NCBI GenBank assembly: GCA_050117845.1
Contig: JASFLY010000002.1
Location: 128,001-192,000 of the forward strand
Origin: Candidatus Zixiibacteriota bacterium
Lineage (GTDB): Bacteria; RBG-13-66-14; B26-G2; WVWN01
Length of the DNA: 64,000 nucleotides
Reading direction: 5' to 3'
Part shown: piece after piece, positions 26,709 through 36,806 of the stretch
How positions within the stretch are numbered: the first letter of the stretch is position 1
How the letters are laid out: the number at the start of each line of letters is the position of its first letter
Position numbers and translations under genes: made by a program
Notes under the pieces: model-generated
Told to the model about the DNA's origin: nothing
What the model saw: only the letters and a program-made list of their open reading frames with translations
The model's database searches: none

Positions 26709-28051
26709 CCCAGTATCGCCTCCGCCATCCTGCGAACGTCCTCGGCGTCGATGTCCCCGTGGAGTGGCAGGTTGAGGACCGCCGCCGCGGCGCGCCACGC
26801 CCCCCGCAGGTAGCGGCCCGTGTGCCGGGATAATTTATAATAGGGGAACTGGCCCGACAACGGCCGGGGGTAGATGAAGGGGCCGGCCTCGTACCCTGCC
26901 GCGGCCAGGCGCCGAATGATATCCGGCCGGCGCTCCCAGTCCCGAATGAACGCGGGATAGCGGATGGGCCACGGCTCGTCCCCGGCCTCGCCCCAGACGG
27001 GGGCCCGCACGCCTTCCTCCTCCGCGAACAGATCGTCGAACGCCCGGGCGAGGCCCCGTCGCCGTTCGCCCTCGGCCGCCATCGCCTCCAGGTGACTCGC
27101 GCCGAGCGCGGCCAGCGCGGGCGCGAGACGGCCGCCGCCGGCCGCCGCCGGGACCGCGGAACTCGGGAAGAACCAGCGCACGAGGCGCCGAATGAAGGGG
27201 GGCTTGCGGTCCGGCATGAGCCGGGGCAGGGCGGCACGGGCGTGGCCGGCCGCTACGGCCGCGCCGTCCTCCACCAGCGTCCGGAGGTCGTACGCGTCCC
27301 CCTCCGCCGCGGCGTACAGATATCCGAGTTCAATGGACGTGAAGGGTTCGTAGAAGTCGCTCCGGAAGAGGTGGTCGGAGATGACCAGGCCCTTCAAGAC
27401 CCGTTCGGCCTCGGCCGCCGTCTGCCCCTTCATTCGGCCGGCCAGCCTCTCGGCCTCGTCGGCCAGCGCGGGGTCGTTGACCACCAAAGCGCCGCCCCGG
27501 CCCGTCGTGTACGGCTTGTCGAAGTTGGTCGAGATGACCGCCAGCGGCGCCGCCGCCCCGACGGGCCGGCCTCCCTGCCGGCCGCCGAACGACTGGGCCA
27601 CGTCGGCGATCCACGGGACCTCGTGCTCAGCCAAAAGCCGCTCGACGTCGCCGGAGGGGGGCACCCCGCCGAAGAGCGGCGCCACGACCGCCGCCCGCGT
27701 CCGACCCCGGGCGAGGACCCGGCCGAGGCTCCGGGCCTCCAGGCCGAAGTGCCGCGGGGAAACGTCTACCAGATGGGGAATGCCGCCGAAGGAGAGAACC
27801 GCGTCGGCCACCGCGGGACAGGTGAACGCCGGAATAGCGACGTCGTCGCCGCGGCCCAGGCCCAGGACCCGCAGGCCCAGCGCCAGCGCCGCCCGGCCGG
27901 AGGAGAGCGCGAAGACCCGCGCCGCGCCGTAGTACCCCCGCAGGGCCTCTTCGTACTCCCCGGCCCGCCGCGCCAGCGTCGCCTCGTCCGCGGCGAGGAT
28001 CTGTCGCAGGGCCGCGTAGTCGACCAAAGGCTTGAGTCTCGGCGTGACCAG
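26705..28051 (-). CDS. DegT/DnrJ/EryC1/StrS-family PLP-dependent sugar aminotransferase
   Basis: SSGRAAL, PAFTC, ADVAQSFG, STNFDK..TTGRGG, LNLPLH. Start is either CTG 28051 (SD-supported) or TTG 28027. Confidence 0.85.
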   Translation of the reverse strand: MVTPRLKPLVDYAALRQILAADEATLARRAGEYEEALRGYYGAARVFALSSGRAALALGLRVLGLGRGDDVAIPAFTCPAVADAVLSFGGIPHLVDVSPRHFGLEARSLGRVLARGRTRAAVVAPLFGGVPPSGDVERLLAEHEVPWIADVAQSFGGRQGGRPVGAAAPLAVISTNFDKPYTTGRGGALVVNDPALADEAERLAGRMKGQTAAEAERVLKGLVISDHLFRSDFYEPFTSIELGYLYAAAEGDAYDLRTLVEDGAAVAAGHARAALPRLMPDRKPPFIRRLVRWFFPSSAVPAAAGGGRLAPALAALGASHLEAMAAEGERRRGLARAFDDLFAEEEGVRAPVWGEAGDEPWPIRYPAFIRDWERRPDIIRRLAAAGYEAGPFIYPRPLSGQFPYYKLSRHTGRYLRGAWRAAAAVLNLPLHGDIDAEDVRRMAEAILG

Positions 28052-28055
28052 CGTC

Positions 28056-29672
28056 CTACTCCTCCCGGATTAATTGGATTTTAACGGAAGTCGCGCCCGG
28101 GGGGAGGCGGAACGTCCCGTCCCCGGCGGCCCGCACGTCCCCGGCCGCGAGGCGCCAGCCGGCCGGCAGCTCGAAGACGACGTCGTCCGGCGTGGCCGGG
28201 GGCAGCGTTATGTCGCAGGTCCCCGTCGCCGCCGAGACGCGGCATACGATAGCGCGGTTGAGGCGATAGCGTTCGGCGATGGCCCGGTGGGTCATCGGTA
28301 CGGCGCCGGCCTCCAGCATGTAGGACACGGCCCGGCCGTAGACGTCGCCCCAGGCCGGGAAGGCCCCGCCCCGGAACGCCCGGTAATGCCACAACAGCGA
28401 ACACGCACCCCCGCGCCGGGCGGCCTCGTCGACGACGCCCAGCGTCGCCGCCAGCGCATCCTCGGCCCCGAGACACTTATACTGAAAGAGCGTCCCGTCC
28501 ATCACCGCCGGCGAGATCTCGACGAAGTCGTACGCCCCCTCCGCCACGCCGTCGTAAGGCCGGTACGGCAGGGCCGCGCCGCCCCGCCACCCGAGGCCGC
28601 TCGCGAAGCCGAACGACGCGTCGTACGAGAAGCCCGCCGCCGCCACCGCCGCCCAGCCGGCCGGCCCGCCCAGGCGGAGGTAGTGCCCCCGCACGCCGCC
28701 GACCTCCCCGCCGAGCGCTTCGGCCAGGAGTTCGCGTTCCCGGGAAAGCATCTCCGCGCTCTCGCAGGTGTAGTAGCTGGAGTGCAGGCCCACCTCCCGG
28801 CCGGCCGCCGCCGCCTCACGGACGAGCGGCGCGACCTCGGCCAATTCGTAGGCGTAATCCATCGGCCCCCGGGGGAGCGCGCCGAAGAAGAAGGTCGACG
28901 CGCCGGCCGCGTCGCGCTCGGCCTCGAACAGCGCCGCCAGCGGCTCGTACGCGAAGGAGCCCCGTATGATGTCGCCGAGCCGGTACTGCGCCCGGGCCAT
29001 ACCCGGCGTCCGCCGCAGGGACGCCCGCAACATCTCCCGGCGCCCCGGCCCCCGCAGGCGGTCGACGTCGTGGCTCAACGCCGCGGCGAAGGGGGCGCCT
29101 CCCGGCCAGTAACGGAAGCGCAGCGCCGGCACGCCGGTGGCCTCGCAGGCCGCCTCCACCGCCCGGGCCAGCAGCGCGGCGTAGCCGTTTACGGCCGCCA
29201 CCGCCTTCTCCCCCCGGCGCCACGCCGGCGCGCCCGCCAGTTCCGGCCGGCCGCACTTGTCCCGGGGCCAGCCGACCTCGCCCCGTCCGTTCATATAATA
29301 GTCCGCGGCCGCGGCCACGTCGAAGCCGACGTGCACCCGGCCGCCGATGAGTACCAACAAGGGCTCCCCGGAAGCCGTTCGGGCCAGGACCTCGCCCTCG
29401 GGGGGGGCCGCCCGATACAGTATGGGGATAGGGGCGCCGCCATCCCCGGCCCAGGTCTCCGGCTCCACGTCCCGGGCCACGTGGCCCTCCGCCACCGGGA
29501 CGACGACCTCGGCCGGCGCCGTCCCGCGGCCGAGCGCCGCGCCGTCGTACGTGACCGTTACGCCCGGCGGCCCGTCCGCCGCCGGGAAACCCGCCATGAG
29601 GGCCAGTTCCTCGAGGGCGTGGCGCGCCCGGGTCGCGCCCGGCCGGCCTTCGTCGACGTTTAGGCCGATCAC
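28056..29672 (-). CDS. Polysaccharide deacetylase-family protein with N-terminal extension
   Basis: ALSHDVD, EVGLHSSY, GVRGHYLR, YDAS.G, VMDGTL, LLWH; GTG 29672 overlaps the GNAT stop. Confidence 0.8.
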   Translation of the reverse strand: MIGLNVDEGRPGATRARHALEELALMAGFPAADGPPGVTVTYDGAALGRGTAPAEVVVPVAEGHVARDVEPETWAGDGGAPIPILYRAAPPEGEVLARTASGEPLLVLIGGRVHVGFDVAAAADYYMNGRGEVGWPRDKCGRPELAGAPAWRRGEKAVAAVNGYAALLARAVEAACEATGVPALRFRYWPGGAPFAAALSHDVDRLRGPGRREMLRASLRRTPGMARAQYRLGDIIRGSFAYEPLAALFEAERDAAGASTFFFGALPRGPMDYAYELAEVAPLVREAAAAGREVGLHSSYYTCESAEMLSRERELLAEALGGEVGGVRGHYLRLGGPAGWAAVAAAGFSYDASFGFASGLGWRGGAALPYRPYDGVAEGAYDFVEISPAVMDGTLFQYKCLGAEDALAATLGVVDEAARRGGACSLLWHYRAFRGGAFPAWGDVYGRAVSYMLEAGAVPMTHRAIAERYRLNRAIVCRVSAATGTCDITLPPATPDDVVFELPAGWRLAAGDVRAAGDGTFRLPPGATSVKIQLIREE

Positions 29673-30658
29673 CCGTGCAACCTCCGCCGGGCGCCCGCCG
29701 CCAGCCGGACAAAGGGCGAGCGGTAGTACGCCAATCGGTGGTAGGGCGTAAGCTCCCCGCCGAACGACTCCTTGAAGCGGGCGATGGACTCGACGTTCAC
29801 GCCCACCATGTCGAGTGGCAGGCCCCGGGCCCATGCCGCCAGTATCTCGCGCCACAGTAGGTACGCCCCCCGCGGCCCGCGGCCCTCGTCGAAGGCAGCG
29901 GCTAGAAGGTCGTACGCCGCGCCCTCGTCCCACAGGACGAGGCGGCCCGCGACCGGGGCGCCGTCTTCCCCGGGGAGGTAGAATATGGAGGCGCCGGCGC
30001 CGCAGAACTCGGCCGCGAGCGCTTCGAGGAACGCCGCCGTCACCGGCGGCCTCATGCCCCGGCGGCCGAAGGTGGCCCCGTACATCTCGGCGAAAGGCCC
30101 CGCGTCCGCGCTCTCCTCCACCGGTGTGACGCCGCCCTGCTTAATTTTGTTTCGCAGGGAAGACGGAAGGCCGGAGAGGAAATCCTCTTCCGGGGCCGGG
30201 ACGAGTATGGAAGTATACCCGACGTCGGCCCGGAACGCCGCCCAGGTAAAGGGACGGACGTCGGCCAGCGTCGGGTGTGCCGCCATACGGCCGTAACGCC
30301 AGCGCCGCTTGAATTCGGCCGCCACCGCGGCCAGCACGTCGTGGTCGCGCGACTTCACCCGGCCCGGCCTCAAGTCCCCCGGCGGCGGGAGGCAAGGTCC
30401 CCAGTACGGCGTCAGCGGCGGGATTTCCGCCACGGCCCCGAGCACGGCGTCCCGCGTTTCCCAAATCGGAACGAGGGCCCGCGGCTCCGTGCCGGCCTCG
30501 AAGGCCAGCGCGAAGACGCGCCCCGGCAGGGTCCGGCCCAGCAGGCCGAGCCAGCGGCCGCCCGCGAACGTCGTCCCCTGCGGCGAGGACGCCAAAAAAG
30601 CGTCGTAGCGCGAGACGTCGCCGGCCGATACCTCTTTTATCTCGTAATCAGGAGACAT
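29669..30658 (-). CDS. GNAT/FemAB-like acyltransferase
   Basis: SPQGTTF, PPLTPYWGP, RNKIK, IARFKESFGGEL; AGGAG SD. Confidence 0.8.
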   Translation of the reverse strand: MSPDYEIKEVSAGDVSRYDAFLASSPQGTTFAGGRWLGLLGRTLPGRVFALAFEAGTEPRALVPIWETRDAVLGAVAEIPPLTPYWGPCLPPPGDLRPGRVKSRDHDVLAAVAAEFKRRWRYGRMAAHPTLADVRPFTWAAFRADVGYTSILVPAPEEDFLSGLPSSLRNKIKQGGVTPVEESADAGPFAEMYGATFGRRGMRPPVTAAFLEALAAEFCGAGASIFYLPGEDGAPVAGRLVLWDEGAAYDLLAAAFDEGRGPRGAYLLWREILAAWARGLPLDMVGVNVESIARFKESFGGELTPYHRLAYYRSPFVRLAAGARRRLHG

Positions 30659-30739
30659 GTAATGGATGAGTAACGAGCCGGCCGATTATAATACAAAAAA
30701 TACATGCCAAAAAGCGAAATTACGCCCGCCCCCTTTCCT

Positions 30740-30768
30740 TTGCACGCCGCTCCCGCGTATGATATATT
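30740..30768 (+). promoter_or_regulatory. sigma70-type promoter heading the DUF296-lipoprotein array-nfeD-ECF run
   Basis: TTGCAC-N17-TATATT with extended -10 TG. Confidence 0.6.
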
Positions 30769-30790
30769 AAACTGACGGAAAGGAAGTGTT

Positions 30791-31234
30791 ATGGACGAAA
30801 TAACGGTTAAAAGGGTAATTATGCGGCGTTTGCCGCCGGGCACGGACCTTTTGGAGGAACTCAACAAGCTGGCCCGGTCGGAAAAAGTGGAGTTGGGCGC
30901 GGTGTCGGCCATCGGCGCGGTCCGGAAAGCGGCGGTCGGCATCTTTGACGAAGAGAAGCGGGAATATATCACCAACGTCTTCGACGAGGAGATGGAGATT
31001 TGCGCGTTAACGGGCAACGTCTCGCTGAAGGACGGCGAGCCGTTCGTCCACGCGCACCTGTCCCTCTCGGACCGGGAAGGCCGCGGCTTCGGCGGCCATA
31101 TAATGCCCGGCTGCGAGGTATTCGTGGCCGAGGTTATTCTTTGGGAGTTCGCCGGGGCGCGCCGGGAACGGGAGCCCCGGGAGGAATGCGGCGGCCTGGC
31201 CCTCTGGGCGGCCGAGAACGTCGGTACCGAGTGA
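30791..31234 (+). CDS. PPC/DUF296-domain protein
   Basis: RLPPGTDL, SAIGAV, EICALTGNVS, VHAHLSL, FGGH. Confidence 0.9.
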   Translation: MDEITVKRVIMRRLPPGTDLLEELNKLARSEKVELGAVSAIGAVRKAAVGIFDEEKREYITNVFDEEMEICALTGNVSLKDGEPFVHAHLSLSDREGRGFGGHIMPGCEVFVAEVILWEFAGARREREPREECGGLALWAAENVGTE

Positions 31235-31275
31235 CCGGCGGCCGCGTTTAATAACCAATAATCGGGAGGAACGCC

Positions 31276-31875
31276 TTGAAGAAACCGGCGTTACTTATTT
31301 TCTTGGCCCTGGCGTTGACGCTCGCCTGCGGCGAGGAAGGCACGACAATCGACCCGGTAGAACCCCGCCCGTTACCTGTGTCCCCCGCGGTCGCGATTAC
31401 GAACGTTGAGATAGCGTTCAATCAACGCGGCCTGGGCCGTTTGGGGGAGGTTATAGGCCCCGAGTTCGTCTTCTACTTCGACCCCGGCGACGTTGGCTGG
31501 AATCCGCCGGGCGGAAGTCAGTACGTAATCCCCGAGTCGTGGAGCCGTACGGAGTTTCTTTCCACCGTGGGCAATTTACTGACCAATGCGTACTCAGTAG
31601 ACCTCTCTATCCCGAACACCGGCATCGGCCAACCCGCCGCCGGCGCCGAGACCTACCGCGCCGAGAACGTGACCATGTCCTTCCTCGTAATGATAGACGA
31701 ACTCACCGGCTTCATATCAAATATGGGCTACTTCAACTTCGAATTCGAGAAGTATTACAACGCCAACGGCGAACCAAGGTGGCGTCTTACCGGTTGGTGG
31801 GATAAAACGCATTTAAACTTGGACGCCGCGGCGGCGCCGACGTCATTCGGTAGGATATTGGCGGTTTACCATTAA
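31276..31875 (+). CDS. Array lipoprotein 1
   Basis: GGGAGG SD, TTG start, lipobox TLAC-GEEG, family motifs. Confidence 0.9.
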   Translation: MKKPALLIFLALALTLACGEEGTTIDPVEPRPLPVSPAVAITNVEIAFNQRGLGRLGEVIGPEFVFYFDPGDVGWNPPGGSQYVIPESWSRTEFLSTVGNLLTNAYSVDLSIPNTGIGQPAAGAETYRAENVTMSFLVMIDELTGFISNMGYFNFEFEKYYNANGEPRWRLTGWWDKTHLNLDAAAAPTSFGRILAVYH

Positions 31876-31893
31876 ACGTACGGGAGGTCCCCG

Positions 31894-32496
31894 GTGAAAA
31901 AACTAATTATCGGCGCGGCCTTATTGGCACTATTCATTCTCGGTTGCGGCGAGGAGGGCACGAGGATCGAGGGGCAGGAACCCGTGGAGCCTACGAGCCC
32001 CGCCGCCGTACTTACGAACGTTACCGTCGCCTTTAATCAAGGCAACCTCGATATCCTAGAAGGGGTCGTAGGCCCCTCGTTCGTCTTCTACTTCGACCCT
32101 GACGACGTGGGCCAGAACCCGCCGGGGGGCAACAGTTACGTCATTCCCGAGTTCTGGAACCGTACCGAGTTCCTGGCCGCCGCCTGTAATATGTTGGAAT
32201 TAGCCTACTCTATCGACCTGGCGATTCCGACCGGCGGCATAAGCCAGCCTGAACCCGGCGCCGAGACCTACCGCGCCGAGAACGTCACTATGTCGCTCCT
32301 AGTCATGGTCAGCGAACTAAACGGTTACATCGCCAATCAGGGGTATTGCGACTTCGAGCTCGAGAAATACACCAACCAGGCCGGCCAGGCCCGGTGGCGT
32401 CTCACCGGCTGGTGGGACAATACGCGCACTAATTTCGACGCCGGGGCCGATCCGGCGTCGCTCGGCAGAGTGCTGGCTATGTACTATAAAATGTAG
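31894..32496 (+). CDS. Array lipoprotein 2
   Basis: GTG start, ILGC-GEEG. Confidence 0.9.
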   Translation: MKKLIIGAALLALFILGCGEEGTRIEGQEPVEPTSPAAVLTNVTVAFNQGNLDILEGVVGPSFVFYFDPDDVGQNPPGGNSYVIPEFWNRTEFLAAACNMLELAYSIDLAIPTGGISQPEPGAETYRAENVTMSLLVMVSELNGYIANQGYCDFELEKYTNQAGQARWRLTGWWDNTRTNFDAGADPASLGRVLAMYYKM

Positions 32497-32508
32497 GGAG
32501 ACCCAATA

Positions 32509-33099
32509 GTGAAAAAGCTTATCACATTTGCGACATTATTGGTAATACTCGTCGTAGCCTGCGGCGAGGAAGGCATTACGATCGACGAGGCGGAACTCAC
32601 CCCCGACGACGTCCTAACGAACCTGAGTGCGTCGTTTTATTATCGTGACGCCAAAACCGTGGCAGTTCTCGTCGGCCCCGACTTCGTTTTCCATTTCGAC
32701 CCCTACGACGTGGGCCGAAACCCGCCGGGCGGCAGCAACTACTTCATCCCCGAATCCTGGAACCGTTCGGAGTTCCTGGCCGCCGTAGGTAATATGCTGG
32801 CGTCGGCCTACTCTATCAACCTCGACATCCCGACGAGCGGCATAGGGGAACCGGCCGCCGGCGCCGGGACGTACCGCGCGGAAGGCGTCCCGGTATCGCT
32901 CCTCGTAATGATAGACGAACTCAACGGTTACATCGCTAATGGCGGTTACTGCAACTTCGAATTCGAGAAATACTACGCCGCCAACGACGAACCCCGGTGG
33001 CGCCTTACCGGTTGGTGGGACAAAACGCGTGCGGACGCCGACGCCGCCTCGATACCGGCGTCGCTCGGTTGCGTGCTGGCTATGTACTATCCAACATAA
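32509..33099 (+). CDS. Array lipoprotein 3
   Basis: GTG start, VVAC-GEEG. Confidence 0.9.
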   Translation: MKKLITFATLLVILVVACGEEGITIDEAELTPDDVLTNLSASFYYRDAKTVAVLVGPDFVFHFDPYDVGRNPPGGSNYFIPESWNRSEFLAAVGNMLASAYSINLDIPTSGIGEPAAGAGTYRAEGVPVSLLVMIDELNGYIANGGYCNFEFEKYYAANDEPRWRLTGWWDKTRADADAASIPASLGCVLAMYYPT

Positions 33100-33112
33100 G
33101 GGAGACCCTATT

Positions 33113-33709
33113 GTGAAAAAGCTTATCGCCTTTGCGGCGTTATTGGTAATCCTCGCCCTCGCCTGCGGCGAGGAGGGCACGACCGTCGACGAACGGGAAC
33201 CCTTGGCGGCCGCGACCCCCGCCGCCGTCCTTACGAACGTTACCGTCGCCTTCAATCAAGGCAATCTCGATATCCTAGAAGCGGTCGTAGGCCCGGCCTT
33301 TATCTTCTACTTCGACGAGAGCGACGTGGGCCAAAACCCGCCCGGCGGCGGCAGTTACGTCATACCCGGGTCCTGGGGCCGCACCGAGTTCCTGGCCGCC
33401 CTGGGCAATATGTTCACCCGGGCATACTCCATCGACCTGGCGATTCCGACCGGCGGCATAGGCCAGCCGGACCCGGGCGCCGGGACGTACCGCGCCGAGA
33501 ACGTTTCGGCATCGCTCCTCGTCATGGTCGACGAGTTGAACGGCTACATCGCCAACCAGGGGTATTGCGACTTCGAGTTCGAGAAGTATACCAACCAAGC
33601 CGGCCAGGCCAGGTGGCACCTAACCGGCTGGTGGGATAATACGAATACTTATTTCGACGCCGGCTCGACGCCGACGTCGGTAGGTAAAATATTCGCGCTT
33701 TACAGGTGA
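33113..33709 (+). CDS. Array lipoprotein 4
   Basis: GGGAG SD, GTG 33113 (the ORF track start is over-extended), ALAC-GEEG. Confidence 0.9.
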   Translation: MKKLIAFAALLVILALACGEEGTTVDEREPLAAATPAAVLTNVTVAFNQGNLDILEAVVGPAFIFYFDESDVGQNPPGGGSYVIPGSWGRTEFLAALGNMFTRAYSIDLAIPTGGIGQPDPGAGTYRAENVSASLLVMVDELNGYIANQGYCDFEFEKYTNQAGQARWHLTGWWDNTNTYFDAGSTPTSVGKIFALYR

Positions 33710-33714
33710 TACCT

Positions 33715-34332
33715 ATGAGAATTCATTCGTGGATTAAATTGTGGCTGGCGCTCGCGTTGGCGGCGCCGCTCTTCCTGGCCTGCACCGAAGAGGAATTCGC
33801 CGATGACGAGCGGGCGCGCCCCGAGGCCACGGCCCCGGCCAAAGTCCTCACTAACGTACGCATCTCGTTCAACCAGCGCAACCTCTACGTTCTGGACGAA
33901 CTCCTCGCCGGCGAGTTCTACTTCCACTTCGACGAGGACGACGTCGGCGAAAATCCGCCGGGCCTGCTCTGGTACATTATCCCCGAGACGTGGAACCGCG
34001 ACGAACTGGTGGGCGCCCTGGGCAACATGTACGTCCTGGCGTACTCCATCGACCTCGCGATCCCGACCGGCGGCGTGGGCGAGCCGGACGCCGGCGCCGA
34101 GGTCTACCGCGCCGCGGGCGTACCGGTATCGTTCACCGTAATGGTGGACGACCTCACCGGCTACACCGCCAACCAGGGCTCTTGCGACTTCGAGTTCGAG
34201 AAGTACACGAACCAATCCGGCGAGACGCGGTGGCGCCTCACCGGCTGGTGGGACAACACGCGGGTCGACGCCGACGGCCTTCAGGGGACGGAACCGGCGT
34301 CGCTCGGCGGCATATTGGCTTTTTACAGGTAA
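33715..34332 (+). CDS. Array lipoprotein 5
   Basis: AGGTGA SD, ATG 33715, FLAC-TEEE. Confidence 0.9.
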   Translation: MRIHSWIKLWLALALAAPLFLACTEEEFADDERARPEATAPAKVLTNVRISFNQRNLYVLDELLAGEFYFHFDEDDVGENPPGLLWYIIPETWNRDELVGALGNMYVLAYSIDLAIPTGGVGEPDAGAEVYRAAGVPVSFTVMVDDLTGYTANQGSCDFEFEKYTNQSGETRWRLTGWWDNTRVDADGLQGTEPASLGGILAFYR

Positions 34333-34353
34333 TATCCACCGGGAGGTCCGGCC

Positions 34354-34953
34354 TTGAAGAAGGTAATAACGGGGTGCGTCCTGCTCGCCCTCCTCGCGCT
34401 GTCCTGCGGCGACGACGGGGTAACGTCCGACCCCGACCCCCACTACCGCGCAGTACCCGCTTCCCCCCGCCTCGTATTGGTTAACGTCGAGACGGCCTTC
34501 AACCACCGCGACGTCAACCTCCTCAAGGCCATGCTCAGCGAGAACTTCGTCTTCTACTTCAACCCCGAAGACGTCGGCCAGAACCCGCCGGGCGGGAGCG
34601 GCTACGTCATCCCCGAGTCATGGGCGCACACGGAGTTCTGGCAGGCCGTGTACCGCTTATTCCAGTTGGCCTACTCCATCGACATGACGATCCGGGCCGG
34701 GGACGTCGGCGAGCCCGGCCCCGAGGCCACGACCTACGGGGCGGAAAATATACGGGTCGAGTTCCTCGTCATGGTCGACGAGAATAACGGCTTTATATGT
34801 GACGGGCGTTGCGATTTCGAGTTCGAGAAGTACCTCGGCGGCGACGGCCGGCATTACTGGCGCCTCACCGCCTGGTGGGATAACACGAGCCATTATTTCG
34901 ACGCCGAGGCCGTGCCCACGTCTCTCGGTAGAATACTGGCGCTTTTTCGTTAA
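34354..34953 (+). CDS. Array lipoprotein 6
   Basis: TTG start, ALSC-GDDG. Confidence 0.9.
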   Translation: MKKVITGCVLLALLALSCGDDGVTSDPDPHYRAVPASPRLVLVNVETAFNHRDVNLLKAMLSENFVFYFNPEDVGQNPPGGSGYVIPESWAHTEFWQAVYRLFQLAYSIDMTIRAGDVGEPGPEATTYGAENIRVEFLVMVDENNGFICDGRCDFEFEKYLGGDGRHYWRLTAWWDNTSHYFDAEAVPTSLGRILALFR

Positions 34954-34974
34954 CCCGGAGGGTAGTAACTGAAG

Positions 34975-35577
34975 ATGAAGAAGCTAACGGTCGTTCTCGC
35001 GTCAGTCGCCCTCCTCGCGCTGGCCTGCGGCGGCGAGGAACTCGGCGCCGTAAAGGGGCCTACGCCGGCGGATACCGCGCCGGCCTTTGCCCTCCGGAAT
35101 ATCGAGAAAGCATGCGAACAGCGCAACATCGAACTCGTGGAAGAGGCCCTCGCGTGGAATTTCGTCTTTCATTTCAACGCCGAGGACGTGGGGCAAAAGC
35201 CGCCGGGCGGCAAAGAATACGTTATCCCCGAATCGTGGGACTATTACGAATTCCGGACGGCGGTTTATAATATGTTCGTTGCCGCTTATTCCATCGACCT
35301 TTCGATAAATAAGAAGAGCGTCGACGATCCCCCGCCGGAGGCCGAAACCTACCTCGCCGAGGGGGTTACGATCTCGTTTCTGGTTATGTCGGACGAACTC
35401 CGCGGCTATATAGCCAACCAGGGCCATTGCGACTTCGCGTTCGAGAAATACTACAATGAGAGCGACGAGCCGCGGTGGCGCCTTACCGGCTGGTGGGACG
35501 ATACCCATACGGCGGCCGACGGGTACCCGGGCGTGTCGCCGTCGACGCTAGGCCGAATGCTGGCGATGTACCAATAA
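34975..35577 (+). CDS. Array lipoprotein 7
   Basis: ATG start, ALAC-GGEE. Confidence 0.9.
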   Translation: MKKLTVVLASVALLALACGGEELGAVKGPTPADTAPAFALRNIEKACEQRNIELVEEALAWNFVFHFNAEDVGQKPPGGKEYVIPESWDYYEFRTAVYNMFVAAYSIDLSINKKSVDDPPPEAETYLAEGVTISFLVMSDELRGYIANQGHCDFAFEKYYNESDEPRWRLTGWWDDTHTAADGYPGVSPSTLGRMLAMYQ

Positions 35578-35595
35578 CCCCGCGGGAGGTAATGC

Positions 35596-36171
35596 GTGAA
35601 GAGGTTTATACTTGTAGGAATCGTAATGATGGCCTTTACGGCCGGCTGTTTCGACGACCCGCCGGAAGAGGTCAAGGAGCGTCCGGCAGCGACGTCGCCG
35701 GTAAAGGTCCTGACTTACGTTTGCTGGTCCTTCGGCCACCGCGACCTATCCCTCCTCGAGGATAGCCTGGGCCCCGCTTTCGTCTTCTACTTCGACCCCG
35801 AAGACGTGGGCCAGAACCCGCCCGGCGGCATCAACTACGTTATTCCGGAATGCTGGCGCCGCGAGGAGTTCCTGAACGCCGTGGGCAATATGTACGACCG
35901 GGCTTACTCTATCGATCTCGATATCAAAACCGACGGCGTCGGCGAGCCTAACCCCGGCGCAGAGACATTCGTGGCCGAAGAAGTACCGATATCCTTGCTG
36001 CTCATGATCGACGAACTAAACGGGTATATAGCCGACGGTGAAAACTGTTTCGAATTCGAGGAGTACGAAAACAAAAACGGCGAATCCTGTTGGTGCCTCG
36101 CCGCCTGGAGGGATGACGGAACCCACGGGGGATTAGTCACGTTCGGCCGTATATTAACGATTTACCACTAG
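35596..36171 (+). CDS. Array lipoprotein 8 (most diverged C-terminal half)
   Basis: GTG start, TAGC-FDD; WCLAAWRD replaces WRLTGWWD. Confidence 0.88.
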   Translation: MKRFILVGIVMMAFTAGCFDDPPEEVKERPAATSPVKVLTYVCWSFGHRDLSLLEDSLGPAFVFYFDPEDVGQNPPGGINYVIPECWRREEFLNAVGNMYDRAYSIDLDIKTDGVGEPNPGAETFVAEEVPISLLLMIDELNGYIADGENCFEFEEYENKNGESCWCLAAWRDDGTHGGLVTFGRILTIYH

Positions 36172-36190
36172 CGCGACCGGGAGTTGTTAC

Positions 36191-36787
36191 ATGAAAAAGG
36201 TTTTACTTGTAGGAATCGTAATGACGGCCTTTACGGCGGGATGCTTTGATCCGCCGCCGGAAGAGATCCCGGAGATCCCGGCGCCGACGTCACCCGCCAA
36301 CGTTCTGAGTAACGTCGCCGCGTCCTTCAACCGGCCCAGCCTGTCCCTCATCGAGGACAGCCTGGGGCCCTCCTTCATCTTCCACTTCGACCCCGAAGAC
36401 GTGGGCCAAAACACGCCGACCGGGAACTTTATTATCCCGGAGTCGTGGAGTCGCAACGAGTTCCTGCGCGCCGTAGGAAACATGTATGTCCGGGCTTACA
36501 GCCTCGACATGGCGATCGGGGCCAAAGGAGTGGGCACGCCGCGGGAAGGGGAGGAGACCTACCTCGCCGAGTACGTTACGATGTCATTACTGGTAATGGT
36601 TGACGAGCTCAGCGGTTTCATCGCCGAAGGGGGCTACCAAAACTTCGAATTCGAGAAGTATAACAACGAGAAAGGCGAGGTTCGGTGGCGCCTCACCGGC
36701 TGGTGGGATCATTCCCACGCCGACTTCGACGATTCGGTCGGATCTGCGCCGTCGTCATTCGGCCGGGTGCTGGCCCTGTACTATTAA
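36191..36787 (+). CDS. Array lipoprotein 9
   Basis: ATG start, TAGC-FDPPPEE. Confidence 0.9.
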   Translation: MKKVLLVGIVMTAFTAGCFDPPPEEIPEIPAPTSPANVLSNVAASFNRPSLSLIEDSLGPSFIFHFDPEDVGQNTPTGNFIIPESWSRNEFLRAVGNMYVRAYSLDMAIGAKGVGTPREGEETYLAEYVTMSLLVMVDELSGFIAEGGYQNFEFEKYNNEKGEVRWRLTGWWDHSHADFDDSVGSAPSSFGRVLALYY

Positions 36788-36806
36788 ACGCCACGGGAGG
36801 TTTTAC

